DNA of 64,000 nucleotides, taken from a virus (Duplodnaviria > Caudoviricetes). The stretch covers positions 32,001 through 96,000 of the IMG/VR virus record IMGVR_UViG_3300043177_000122. One strand, written 5' to 3'. Position numbers and translations under genes: made by a program. Positions 39,229 through 49,333 of this stretch are shown piece after piece. A model generated the notes under the pieces. That model was not told the DNA's origin. It was given only the letters and a program-made list of their open reading frames with translations, and did not search any database. Numbering within the stretch: the stretch's first letter is position 1; every line of letters begins with the position of its first letter.

Positions 39229-39789
39229 TTAGCTTATGTTCAATCTGACGAAATTTCTTTGTTAATAACAAACTATCAAACATTGGATACTCAATCTTGG
39301 TTTGATAATAATCTTCAGAAGATGATAAGTGTGGCTGCTGGCGTTGCGTCTAGTACTTTTACTACCGAATCTTGGAGAATTTGGATGGATGAGGATACTC
39401 CAAGTTTAAAGAAAATAGTACCAGCAATTTTTGATGCTAGAGCTTTTGTCCTTCCAAAAGAAGATGTTGTCAACTATTTCTTATGGCGTCAGCAGGATGC
39501 TACTAGAAACTCTGTGCAAATGTTAGCCCGATCTCTGTATTCGCACAAAGAGTGCACTAATAAAAATAACTCTGAATTACAAGAGTTGATTTTCCAAAAG
39601 GGAATCAACTGAAATGACTGCCCAACGTCACAAAAGCGTGGACGCTGTATTGTTAAAAAGTATACCAAAAAGTCTACTTTGAATCCTAAAGTTCAACAAT
39701 ATGAAACGGCACTTCGTAGTGAGTGGGAGGTTGATAATGAGATTCCTATCTTTTCACAAGATAGAAACTATATCAATCAATATGTCTAA
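39229..39789 (+). pseudogene. tRNA(His) guanylyltransferase Thg1-like remnant
   Basis: YVQSDEISL, FDAR, NYFLWRQQDATRNS, QKGIN*NDCPT..KRG; N-terminal half missing and Trp codon is TGA (39610-39612). Confidence 0.88.
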
Positions 39790-40117
39790 AAGTCAAATTA
39801 GAAAAGAACGCAAACGAAAACGTTTTAAACAAAAGAAAATAAACACTAAGCTAAAGAAGAAATTGTTTGGTCATCTGTTTATGGCGCCCTGTATTTATTG
39901 TAGGCGGGCCTTTTTATTATCTACATTAACAGTTGAACACATTACGCCATTATGCCTTGGTGGAACCAATGATCCATCTAATATTGCATTGGCATGCTTT
40001 CCTTGCAATAATGATAAGGGAAGAGAAGCTTGGTTCCAAAAACGTGAATTTAATAAGAAACACTATGAACAATATCACTCACAGTATCGAATTGAAAATT
40101 GGGAAAGGATTATATAG
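39782..40117 (+). CDS. HNH endonuclease
   Basis: CIYC...TVEHITPLCLGGTNDPSNIALACFPCN. Confidence 0.8.
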   Translation: MSKSQIRKERKRKRFKQKKINTKLKKKLFGHLFMAPCIYCRRAFLLSTLTVEHITPLCLGGTNDPSNIALACFPCNNDKGREAWFQKREFNKKHYEQYHSQYRIENWERII

Positions 40118-41132
40118 GAACCCAGCACACCCTTTGTGTATTGTCAAAGAGATGGTTTTTGATTATTTTGAAGATTTATCACGAATCGAAATTGATAATC
40201 CATATGTGCCTATTGAATATAATTTCGATAGACTACGTGTACCTACCGATCATCCTTCAAGACGTCCAACTGATACCTACTACAAGGATGATAAGAACTG
40301 CCTCCGCACCCATATGACATGTTATTTATATCCATTTGGGAAATCAGATACTGGTCAAAGTAAGCTTAAGTATATTACATGTGGTGACGTCTATCGAAAA
40401 GATACTATTGATGCTACACATTATCCAGTGTTCCATCAGATGGATGCATTTTGTATGGTTCCAGATGATGTAGATGTAAGGCAAGATTTGCGCAATAGGT
40501 TGCAAGGTTTAGTAAAACATCTTTTTGGCGAAAGCACAGAATGTCAGTTCTTAGAAGATTCAGAATATGAAGAGGTTTACTTTCCTTTTACAATTGATTC
40601 TGTCGAAGTGAGTGTTTCTTTACCGGATGAGCATGGCAAAATTAAACAACTAGAAATTTTAGGAGCAGGAACTGTCCATCCCGACATTATGGCCGATCTT
40701 GGTTTGCCAGGTAAAAAAGCGTGGGCTTTTGGTTTAGGTCTAGAAAGATTAGCTATGGTTATGTTCGGCATTCCTGATATTAGATTATTTTGGAGCACAG
40801 ATAAAAGATTTTTAAGTCAATTTACGCCGGGCAAGATTACCAAATTTAATCCTTACTCAAAATATGAGTCATGTTATAAAGACATTTCATTTTTCTTAAG
40901 TGAAAAATTTTCTTATAACGACCTCTGCTCTATCGCTAGAGATGAAGATGAGAACAACATAATTGAATCTATTTCATTGATTGATGAGTTCCAGGTTAAA
41001 GGCCGAACTTCGCAGTGTTATAGAATTACATATCGCTCCATGGATGGTACGTTACGAAACTCTGATGTAAATACAATTCAAAAATCAATCAGAGACCGAA
41101 TTATCCAAGAGCTAGGAGTAGAAGTAAGATGA
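40065..41132 (+). CDS. pheS: Single-chain (organelle-type) phenylalanyl-tRNA synthetase: catalytic domain plus FDX-ACB
   Basis: LRTHMT, GDVYRKDTIDATHYPVFHQMD, FPFT, AFGLGLERLAM..FGIPDIRLFW, then SKY..CYKDISF...SQCYRITYRSMD.TL anticodon-binding domain. Confidence 0.92.
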   Translation: MNNITHSIELKIGKGLYRNPAHPLCIVKEMVFDYFEDLSRIEIDNPYVPIEYNFDRLRVPTDHPSRRPTDTYYKDDKNCLRTHMTCYLYPFGKSDTGQSKLKYITCGDVYRKDTIDATHYPVFHQMDAFCMVPDDVDVRQDLRNRLQGLVKHLFGESTECQFLEDSEYEEVYFPFTIDSVEVSVSLPDEHGKIKQLEILGAGTVHPDIMADLGLPGKKAWAFGLGLERLAMVMFGIPDIRLFWSTDKRFLSQFTPGKITKFNPYSKYESCYKDISFFLSEKFSYNDLCSIARDEDENNIIESISLIDEFQVKGRTSQCYRITYRSMDGTLRNSDVNTIQKSIRDRIIQELGVEVR

Positions 41133-41647
41133 AAACTGTCTATATCTTTTTTGGAGAAATGGGAAGTGGTAAAAGCTATTGTGGTTCCCGCTATGCAGAG
41201 AAGCATGGTTTCAAGTTTTTCGAAGGAGATAGTGTGGTCACTCCTCGTATGTTAGAGCGAGTTTCTAAGTTCAAAGCTATCAGTGAAGATATCTTAGAAG
41301 AATATATGGATGTTTTGGCTGATGCAATTGCCGATCAAATGACAGATTGTGAACATCTTGTTGTATCACAAGCTTTATACCGAGATGAAGATAGAAAATC
41401 TATGATTACTTTTCTTGAGTGCTTAGGTTATCAAGTAAGAATGTGGTGGGTCCAAGTTAAATGGAATCGTAACATTCAGAACTTGCTTACTAGACCAAAC
41501 GGATGGAAATGGGTTTTGTATTGGTTAATTAATAAACCATTCTTTCAAAGGCCCACTCATGTCCATCAGTTGTTTTACAATATATATATGGGTGAGCACA
41601 ATGGAGAACAAGGAAACCTTTCAAGCCAGAATTCAACCTTACTTTAG
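41129..41647 (+). CDS. P-loop small-molecule kinase (gluconate/shikimate kinase-like)
   Basis: GEMGSGKS...FFEGD. Confidence 0.7.
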   Translation: MKTVYIFFGEMGSGKSYCGSRYAEKHGFKFFEGDSVVTPRMLERVSKFKAISEDILEEYMDVLADAIADQMTDCEHLVVSQALYRDEDRKSMITFLECLGYQVRMWWVQVKWNRNIQNLLTRPNGWKWVLYWLINKPFFQRPTHVHQLFYNIYMGEHNGEQGNLSSQNSTLL

Positions 41648-42233
41648 TCCATCAGATCAATTGGACGTTAAACTGGCATATTGCTTAGCTAAGTTTGGTC
41701 ATCGCGCCCAAACAAGAAAAGAGCTTACGGAAGGTAAACCCACTAGATATTTTGAGCATGTACGTAGAGTAGCAATTGTTCTTATGGATGAAATGAAAAT
41801 CATTGATCGTGATATGATTATTACCGCTCTACTTCATGATTCAATCGAAGATACACATGATTTAACGCCAGAACTATTAGAGCATTGCTTTGGATCTGAT
41901 GTAATCACTATGATTAAGCTGCTTAGCAAAGTTCCCAAGGAAGGATACATTGAGAGATTAGGAAATTGCCATAACTGGAAAGTATTAGCAATTAAAGCTT
42001 GTGATAGATTAGATAATCTGCGATCTTTAATGATACCGGGGACCAGTTTGGAGTTTCAAAAGAAACAAATTGCAGAAACTAAAGAAAAGTATTTCCCTAT
42101 ATTTGACAAGCTGATTAATAATCTATGTCCTCAAGAACACGTTGAAAATGTTTCGAAGGTCCGAGATGAAATTAGAAGATTAATTGAGCGATATAATACC
42201 ATTATTGAATTTCAGGAAGGAAAAACTGCATGA
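41601..42233 (+). CDS. HD-domain protein, SpoT/Mesh1-like small alarmone hydrolase
   Basis: HRAQTRK, YFEHVRRVA, ALLHDSIED, KACDRLDNLR. Confidence 0.8.
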   Translation: MENKETFQARIQPYFSPSDQLDVKLAYCLAKFGHRAQTRKELTEGKPTRYFEHVRRVAIVLMDEMKIIDRDMIITALLHDSIEDTHDLTPELLEHCFGSDVITMIKLLSKVPKEGYIERLGNCHNWKVLAIKACDRLDNLRSLMIPGTSLEFQKKQIAETKEKYFPIFDKLINNLCPQEHVENVSKVRDEIRRLIERYNTIIEFQEGKTA

Positions 42234-42823
42234 CTTGTATTGTAGGATTAGTACACGATGGTGATGTATACATTGGCGGAGATAGTGCCGGTGTAGCTGG
42301 ATTATCTATTTCCATCAGGGCTGACGAGAAGGTATTTGGTAATGGGCCATTCATTATGGGTTTTACTACCTCATTTCGTATGGGTCAGTTACTAAGGTAT
42401 AAGTTATCACCCCCTGCACAGACTGTACATCAATCTGATATGGAATATATGGTAACCAGTTTTATTGATTCATGTCGTCAATGTTTTGCTGGCAATGGTT
42501 TCGGCGATAAAGACGCCACTATGGGTGGTAACTTTTTAGTAGGATACAAAGGAAAGCTTTACAACATTGAAGGTGATTATCAAGTAGGTGTTCCTAAGTC
42601 CCCATTTGATGCAGTTGGTTGTGGTTCTGATTTAGCCCTTGGCGCCATGTATGCTACCGAAGGTTTAAAGCCAGAAGAAAGAATCAATGCTGCCTTAGCA
42701 GCCGCCAGTACTTTTAGTGCCGGTGTTGCTCCCCCTTTCATTATTTTGAAGCTAGAGGGCGAGAATAAGACCAAAGCCAAGTCCAAACCAAGGAAGAAGT
42801 CGGCCAAGAGATCGGTAAAGTAA
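42230..42823 (+). CDS. Ntn-hydrolase / HslV-like protease-fold protein
   Basis: N-terminal Thr (MTCIVG), GGDS, AVGCGSD.ALGA. Confidence 0.65.
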   Translation: MTCIVGLVHDGDVYIGGDSAGVAGLSISIRADEKVFGNGPFIMGFTTSFRMGQLLRYKLSPPAQTVHQSDMEYMVTSFIDSCRQCFAGNGFGDKDATMGGNFLVGYKGKLYNIEGDYQVGVPKSPFDAVGCGSDLALGAMYATEGLKPEERINAALAAASTFSAGVAPPFIILKLEGENKTKAKSKPRKKSAKRSVK

Positions 42824-42950
42824 TAAATTGTCGTGCCCTTGACTTGCCACACGACAGCCTTATGTTATAGCTAGGCTGATGGGAGAGGTGTGTCTTAGGC
42901 ACGCCCTTTTAACTGGACCGCACTTACCCAATCGTAATAAGGTGAAAAAA

Positions 42951-44825
42951 ATGACTCCGAATCGTATCAGAGAGTTAGAGAACAAGATTTTCAAAGCTCG
43001 TACGGACTACTACAACCATCAACCTACTGTTTCTGACAAGGTGTATGATGCTTGGGTAGATGAACTACGCACTCTTGACCCTTCTAACAAGGCCGTAACT
43101 GCCATTGGTGCTCCAGTTGTTCCTTCTGAATGGACTAAAGCTAAGCATCAGATTCCAATGGGATCCTTGGATAAAGTTAATACTCCTGCCGAATTCTCTA
43201 AATGGGTAGAGGATACGTATCCTGATGGTAAGCTTCTTATCACCGAAAAGCTTGATGGACTCTCCATTGAGGTTATTTATGAGAATGGGCATCTTGTTCA
43301 GGCCATTACTCGTGGTGATGGTGACATTGGTGAAGATATTACTGTCAACGTTGTCAAGATGGGAGGCGTTCACTCTCACCTAAAACACAATTTTACCGGC
43401 TCTTTACGTGGTGAAATCATTATGAAGAAGAGCATTCATAAGCAATTCTTTGCTGATAAAGCTAATCCGCGTAATGCAGCATCAGGCACTAGTAAGCGTT
43501 TGGATGGTGTGGGTGTCGATAAGCTCAACATTTTGTTCTATCAAGCACTTGGTGATGTTGATTTTGGTGTGGAGCAAGCTCAATTCGCCTGGCTTGTTAA
43601 CCAAGGGCTAGATACGCCTAACTGGTGGGTAGTTAAAACTGCCGATCAAGTCAATAAATTCTGGCGTGATTACCAAGATACCAAGCGTGACAACCTGGAT
43701 TATGATATTGACGGATTAGTTATTCGTGTTGATGATATGGCCAAGCAGATGGCTCTAGGCGAGAAAGACCTCCGTCCCAAAGGAGCAATTGCGTTCAAGT
43801 TTGAAAATGAAGCTCGCGAATCTATCATTCGAGACATTGTTTGGCAGGTTGGTAACTCTGGTCGCCTAACTCCTGTTGCCACTGTTGATCCTGTTCAATT
43901 AGTTGGCGCTACCATTACACGAGCCAGCCTCTATAATTACTCTTATATTGAAGAACTGAGTCTTGATATTGGCGCCACTGTTCTTGTGGCGCGAGCTAAT
44001 GACGTTATTCCTCGTATTGAAGAGACTATCAAGAAGACAGGTACTGTGGCTAAGCCGCCCAGCAAATGCCCTGAGTGTGATGGTAAGACTGTTTTCGATG
44101 GGGAGAATCTCGTCTGTACTAATACTGAGTATTGTCGAGCACAGATCATTGGTCGTATTAAAAATTGGATTAAAGAACTTAACCTTCTTGAGTGGGGCGA
44201 TACTCTTGTTGAGAAGTTAGTTGAGGCAAAGAAGGTCAAGAACATTGCTGACTTGTACAAATTGAAAGTGGATGATATCGCTAATCTTGACCGTCTTGGT
44301 GAAAAGACAGCAAAGAAGGTGCTAGATATTCTTTGGGCCAACAAGAAAGTGCCTTTAGAAGTTTTTCTAGGTGCATTATCCATTCCTCTTATTGGGCAGG
44401 CTTCGATTAAATTAATTATGAAAGCCGGCTGTGATACTTTAGAAAAGTTTGGGCAATTAAATGCCGATGCTTTTGAACAAGTTCCTGGTCTTGGTCCGAT
44501 TAAAGCAAAATCACTGGCTGACGGTCTTAAAAATAACCAACAACTCATTCTTGATTTATTAAAAAATGGCATTGAAATCAAAGAGGCAATTGATGGTAAA
44601 TTAACCGGCAAAAGCTTTGCCATTACTGGGACTCTTTCTATCAAGCGTGCAGAAGTTGAAAAGATGATTGTAGATAATGGAGGAGAGGTTAAAAGTAGCG
44701 TTGGAAAGGGATTATCTTATCTAATCATTGCCGATCCTCAATCTGCCAGTAGCAAGGCCCAGGCGGCACGCAAATTGGGAACAATTCTTATCGACGAAAA
44801 GCAGTTTTTGGAATTGATTAAGTAA
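42951..44825 (+). CDS. ligA: NAD-dependent DNA ligase
   Basis: TEKLDG, AITRGDG, LRGE, NPRNAASG, DGLV, AFKF, VGNSG..TPVA, zinc finger, BRCT; promoter TTGACT-N16-TATGTT at 42839-42866. Confidence 0.97.
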   Translation: MTPNRIRELENKIFKARTDYYNHQPTVSDKVYDAWVDELRTLDPSNKAVTAIGAPVVPSEWTKAKHQIPMGSLDKVNTPAEFSKWVEDTYPDGKLLITEKLDGLSIEVIYENGHLVQAITRGDGDIGEDITVNVVKMGGVHSHLKHNFTGSLRGEIIMKKSIHKQFFADKANPRNAASGTSKRLDGVGVDKLNILFYQALGDVDFGVEQAQFAWLVNQGLDTPNWWVVKTADQVNKFWRDYQDTKRDNLDYDIDGLVIRVDDMAKQMALGEKDLRPKGAIAFKFENEARESIIRDIVWQVGNSGRLTPVATVDPVQLVGATITRASLYNYSYIEELSLDIGATVLVARANDVIPRIEETIKKTGTVAKPPSKCPECDGKTVFDGENLVCTNTEYCRAQIIGRIKNWIKELNLLEWGDTLVEKLVEAKKVKNIADLYKLKVDDIANLDRLGEKTAKKVLDILWANKKVPLEVFLGALSIPLIGQASIKLIMKAGCDTLEKFGQLNADAFEQVPGLGPIKAKSLADGLKNNQQLILDLLKNGIEIKEAIDGKLTGKSFAITGTLSIKRAEVEKMIVDNGGEVKSSVGKGLSYLIIADPQSASSKAQAARKLGTILIDEKQFLELIK

Positions 44826-44867
44826 AAACTACGTATATTATGAGAAAACGAAAAGTTTATTTAGCAG

Positions 44868-45458
44868 ATGTTCCTAACTCCCCCCACATCACGAGCAGTT
44901 TATTTTAATGGCGCCATTTGGAAACCAGTGGTAGATGAAACTTACTACAATGTAGGTGAGCTTATTGAATGTCAGTTGAAAGCTGAATCAGGCGAGTCTG
45001 TTTTACTAGTTGGAGGCAAACTTCGTGGATATTTAGAAACCTGGTTTGAGGTTTTCCGAAATAAAGAAGCAAAAAAGTGCCGAATACAGGGTTGTGAAAT
45101 CGGACCACCTTTCATTCGTGAGTTATGTAATACTCATTACCAACGAGCACAAAGATGCGGTGATGAAAATTACGTTCCACAAATAGCTCCAAAGGGTACA
45201 GGATTTATAAACAAAGCCGGTTATCGTATAATTTTAGATGGTAATGGTGGTAAAATAAAAGAACACAGATTGGTAATGGAGCAGCATTTGGGAAGAAAAC
45301 TATTATCTCATGAGAATGTTCATCACAAAAATGGCAATAAATCTGATAATAGATTAGAAAATCTTGAATTGTGGAGCACAAAACAACCGCAGGGTAAGAG
45401 AATAGAAGATTTAATTTTTTATGCAAAAGAGATTTTATCTCTTTATGAAGGTGAATGA
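44868..45458 (+). CDS. HNH homing endonuclease
   Basis: KEHRLVMEQHLGRKL...ENVHHKNGNKSDNRLENL. Confidence 0.88.
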   Translation: MFLTPPTSRAVYFNGAIWKPVVDETYYNVGELIECQLKAESGESVLLVGGKLRGYLETWFEVFRNKEAKKCRIQGCEIGPPFIRELCNTHYQRAQRCGDENYVPQIAPKGTGFINKAGYRIILDGNGGKIKEHRLVMEQHLGRKLLSHENVHHKNGNKSDNRLENLELWSTKQPQGKRIEDLIFYAKEILSLYEGE

Positions 45459-46229
45459 TGTGGTTTCGTAATTTGATTGAAAACATTAAATCATTTTGGT
45501 GGTATTCAAGTGAAGGTCAGTTTGGAGCATTAGAAATGGAAGGGCCCATCATCAAAAGAGACCCTTTAGATAAAGAGCGCCCCAATTTCTATATTGGTAA
45601 AATTACACCAGACAGTATGTTTGATTGGGAAGTAATAGAGATTATTGATGACAACAATATCAAAATAAAAGTATTGAAAATCTATCACGATCGTATGGAT
45701 AGATATCTTGATGAGGGCAAAGTGTATCCCGTATTCAAACATTCTGGATGGAATGATGCAACGATGCAGATATGGGAAATTGCCCCAGAACATATGAAGC
45801 GAGATGTTTCGCAGGTTATTCTTATGTGGGATAAGGGGGTTGGATGGAGTTGGGATTTAGATACATAGTCTATAGGGTTAAATGTTCAATTCATTATTAT
45901 TGCAGGGCCTTTATCAAAAGTTTCCGCTCTTTACAAAATACATATTCTTGCATCCAGATGGTTATGAAGGCAAATTATTTAACTTCTCTTCTGATTTAGA
46001 GAAAATTGGCATAGAGTGGGACGTCTCAATTAGAAACGGAACTTATATAGATGTAATTTCAGAGCCAATAGAAATTACTAGGCCCCAATATGGCGCTATC
46101 TCTGTTGTTAAAATCAAAGCTGATGTAGCAACCGACTATCATACGATAATCAAAGAGTTTTGGGTGCCTATCACATGTGTCGTGAAAGTAGAAAACAATG
46201 CAATTGAAAGTTCTGAACTCTCAGATTGA
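45455..46229 (+). CDS. Two hypothetical proteins (45455..45868 and 45882..46229)
   Basis: ORF track. Confidence 0.45.
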
Positions 46230-47064
46230 TCACTCAGTTAACTTTGTCGAAGAACAATTGGTGGGTTTTCTTGAATCGCGCTTCGTCCGGAAGTGTGATG
46301 AGTACTTTATTGCCTATCTGTCATCTCAGACAGGCTGTAACCGTGGTTGTACCTTCTGTCACTTGACGGCAACGGGCCAGACATCCTTTGTGGATACCAG
46401 TCACAATGACTTTATGGCCCAGGCCATTCAAGTCTTCAAGCATTACCGCAGTCAAAAGAAGCCTGCTAAGTACATGCACTACAACTTTATGGCTCGTGGA
46501 GAACCCCTTGCCAATCAAATCCTATTGGATTCTGGTGATGAGCTTCTATCCAAGCTAGGTCAAGTGGCTAAAGATGAGGGTTTGTCCGCTAAGTTCAACA
46601 TCTCTACCATTATGCCACTGACTCTAAAGAAGTCTTTGACCAGTGTTTTCAGTTACATCAACCCAACAATCTACTACTCGCTGTATCATACCGATGAAGT
46701 GTGGCGCAAGAAGTGGATGCCAGCAGCTATGCCCGTATCTGAAGCTCTTTTCATGCTAAAAGAGTACCAAGAATTTTCTAAGAAGATAGTCAAAATCCAT
46801 CACACCTTTATTGCAGGAGAGAATGATTCTGAAGAATCCGTTCACGCTGTGTGCGATGCTACTGAAAACCACAAGTTAATTTGTGAATTTAACTTAGTCC
46901 GCTATAATCCCGCATCAGAAGATCAAGGAATTGAAAGTTCCGATGAAATAATTAGTCGTAATATCGGCATTATGAAGGATAGATTTAGATTCAATACGAA
47001 GGTTCAAACAATTCCTCGTGTTGGGTTTGATGTTAAAGCTTCTTGTGGAATGTTTGTAGAATGA
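46198..47064 (+). CDS. RlmN/Cfr-like radical SAM methyltransferase
   Basis: SSQTGCNRGCTFC, FMARGEPLAN, FNLVRYNP, C-terminal ASCG. Confidence 0.85.
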   Translation: MQLKVLNSQIDHSVNFVEEQLVGFLESRFVRKCDEYFIAYLSSQTGCNRGCTFCHLTATGQTSFVDTSHNDFMAQAIQVFKHYRSQKKPAKYMHYNFMARGEPLANQILLDSGDELLSKLGQVAKDEGLSAKFNISTIMPLTLKKSLTSVFSYINPTIYYSLYHTDEVWRKKWMPAAMPVSEALFMLKEYQEFSKKIVKIHHTFIAGENDSEESVHAVCDATENHKLICEFNLVRYNPASEDQGIESSDEIISRNIGIMKDRFRFNTKVQTIPRVGFDVKASCGMFVE

Positions 47065-47867
47065 AGGATAAATATCTTTGGTTTACAGATACACATCTCG
47101 ATAAGGTTCCACCTTGGGATCTTATTAGACTACTTTTGCATATCATAAAAGAGGATCCAAAAGGCATCTTTTTAACAGGAGATATCTCTAATGGACTTCT
47201 AACTCCATGGCATTTAAGAATGATTGCCACTTTTGTAAAGTGCCCAATCTATTTTGTGTTAGGAAATCATGATTATCATTTCTCTTCAATCGAGAAAACT
47301 CATCAAAAAGTTCGCGCCCTTTGTAAAGAATTTCCCAATCTTATTTGGATGACAGAGGCGGGCGTTGTTCATCTCAATGAAGAAGTGGCCTTAATTGGAA
47401 CTGAAGGCTGGTATGATGCCAATAATGGTAAACCAGAGTATCTTCAGTTCACTTTTGATTGGATGTTAACGGAAGATTTTCGTAAACTATCTGATATGAA
47501 AGCAAGAATTGAGGCTTGGCGAGCAATTGCTGATCAAAGTACCTACTATTTGGTTGATAAAATTGAAAAAGCCATCGAACAAGGCTATAAGAATATCTAT
47601 GTTCTAACACATTTCCCGCCTTGGAAAGAGGCAACTCGTGATGTTGGAACGGTTTTTGAAAAATTTTGGATGCCATATAATGTGAATGTACGCCTTGGTG
47701 TAGCCTTAGAAGAGGTCATGGTTAACCATAAAAAGAAACACATCACAGTATTGGCAGGCCACACTCACACTGATTGCTGGATTCACGTGTCTCGTAACAT
47801 TGAGTGTAAAGTAAGTAAAGCAAAGTACTATGTTGAAATTCGTAACGATGAGCACATTTTTATTTAG
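47061..47867 (+). CDS. Calcineurin-like metallophosphoesterase
   Basis: DTH, TGD, GNHD, TH, GHTH. Confidence 0.9.
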   Translation: MKDKYLWFTDTHLDKVPPWDLIRLLLHIIKEDPKGIFLTGDISNGLLTPWHLRMIATFVKCPIYFVLGNHDYHFSSIEKTHQKVRALCKEFPNLIWMTEAGVVHLNEEVALIGTEGWYDANNGKPEYLQFTFDWMLTEDFRKLSDMKARIEAWRAIADQSTYYLVDKIEKAIEQGYKNIYVLTHFPPWKEATRDVGTVFEKFWMPYNVNVRLGVALEEVMVNHKKKHITVLAGHTHTDCWIHVSRNIECKVSKAKYYVEIRNDEHIFI

Positions 47868-48579
47868 CCTTCTAATTTCATGTCAACAAGAGGTAACTCC
47901 TGCCCCAGTTATACCATCTGAAGATATTGGAGCTATTTATATTCCACCGCCCACCCCACCCGTTGTACAACCAACTATTTGTTCTGAAGATATGGTATTC
48001 GTTTCTAATGGCAAATTTTGTATTGATAAATACGAATGGCCTAATAAGAAAAATACATTGCCAGATTTTGCAATGACGGCTTTTGAAGCAGAAAAATTAT
48101 GTGAAAGTATTAAAAAACGTTTATGTACTCATACTGAATGGCTTAATGCGTGTCTTGGAAAAGATAGCTTACGTTATGGGTATGGTAATTTTTGGCAAAA
48201 AGATGCCTGTAATGACAATACTAACACAAAATATATTCCTGTTAACTGGGGTAAAATGAATGAAGGTCGAGATGCCTGGAAATCATATGCGAAAACTCTA
48301 TATAAAGGAAAACCAAGCGGCTCAATGGAACAATGTTTTGTTAGCGAGGCCAATGATAGAGTTTATGATATGATTGGTAATGTCAGAGAGTGGGTTCGCG
48401 ATCCTGCAGGATATGGTGGATATGCTTTTGAATCTTCTTTTTGGCATGGAACTATGCAAGGTCCTCAAGGTTGTGGTTTTGTAGTCCGCTCTCATGCTCC
48501 TGAATTTGCTTCTTATGAAGTTGGAACACGTTGCTGTAAAGAGACAAACAATGTTAAAGATAATCACCAGCCACAATAA
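47830..48579 (+). CDS. FGE-sulfatase (SUMF1-like) domain lipoprotein
   Basis: LLISC lipobox-like; FCIDKYE, KRLCT..EW, YDMIGNVREW, GTRCC. Confidence 0.8.
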   Translation: MLKFVTMSTFLFSLLISCQQEVTPAPVIPSEDIGAIYIPPPTPPVVQPTICSEDMVFVSNGKFCIDKYEWPNKKNTLPDFAMTAFEAEKLCESIKKRLCTHTEWLNACLGKDSLRYGYGNFWQKDACNDNTNTKYIPVNWGKMNEGRDAWKSYAKTLYKGKPSGSMEQCFVSEANDRVYDMIGNVREWVRDPAGYGGYAFESSFWHGTMQGPQGCGFVVRSHAPEFASYEVGTRCCKETNNVKDNHQPQ

Positions 48580-48774
48580 ACAAGACGTAACATATACTTT
48601 TACTATTGGGCAAAACTTTCCACAAATTGAAGGAAAGTTATTAAGTGTTGAGCTTAGTGGTAAAGAGCTAGAAAAATTCCTGGAAGTCCGAGAGGTTCCT
48701 GTGAATGAAATGAAATGTGCTACCTGGTGTAATGAATATGCTGGTCGTGTCTTGAAGTTATTACGAGAGATATT

Positions 48775-49083
48775 ATGATTGAAGCTATCATTACATTTTT
48801 TGCGATCTATGGTTTAGCCTTCTTAATAAAAGAGAGTTCTGGCCCGTTTGATATTATGGATAAGACGCGTTCATGGCTTATGAGGAATAAGTATGTTGGA
48901 GTCTTCTTCTTTAAATTATTAGATTGTTACTTTTGTGTGGGTTGCCATTGTGGTTGGATCGTATACCTGCTAAGTCACGACTCTTATAAGTGGCATTTTT
49001 TTGTATTGTGGACCCTTGCGGGCGGAGCAATTAGCCTTATATTGAACGGGCTGTTGACGAAGCTACACTCTTCGCACGGCTAA
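48775..49083 (+). CDS. DUF1360-like membrane protein
   Basis: GPFDI..K.R, LLDCYFCVGCH. Confidence 0.65.
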   Translation: MIEAIITFFAIYGLAFLIKESSGPFDIMDKTRSWLMRNKYVGVFFFKLLDCYFCVGCHCGWIVYLLSHDSYKWHFFVLWTLAGGAISLILNGLLTKLHSSHG

Positions 49084-49333
49084 TACTTTTAGCGCATAAG
49101 TAGGTGAAACACTGCCTACTTTTGTTGTTTCTATTGACGAGTTGTGTCAAATTTGCTGCCCCCGTCCCATGGAAACAATCAGACAAATCTACAATAATTT
49201 GTACTGGAGATACTTGCTGTTATCCCCATACTCCGCAGACTATGCAGTGTATTTACAGCCGGCCATTGAACGGTACTGTAATTGTTTATATTAGAGTTGT
49301 TGAAAAGTAATTTGTCGAGAAAAAGTTTAGATT

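Noticed and set aside
2508-44644. Long antisense ORFs opposite OmpA, the Cys-repeat gene, tsf and ligA (e.g. 3127-, 23122-, 43943-)
   Set aside because: Shadow frames of well-supported sense genes, with no RBS or recognisable motifs
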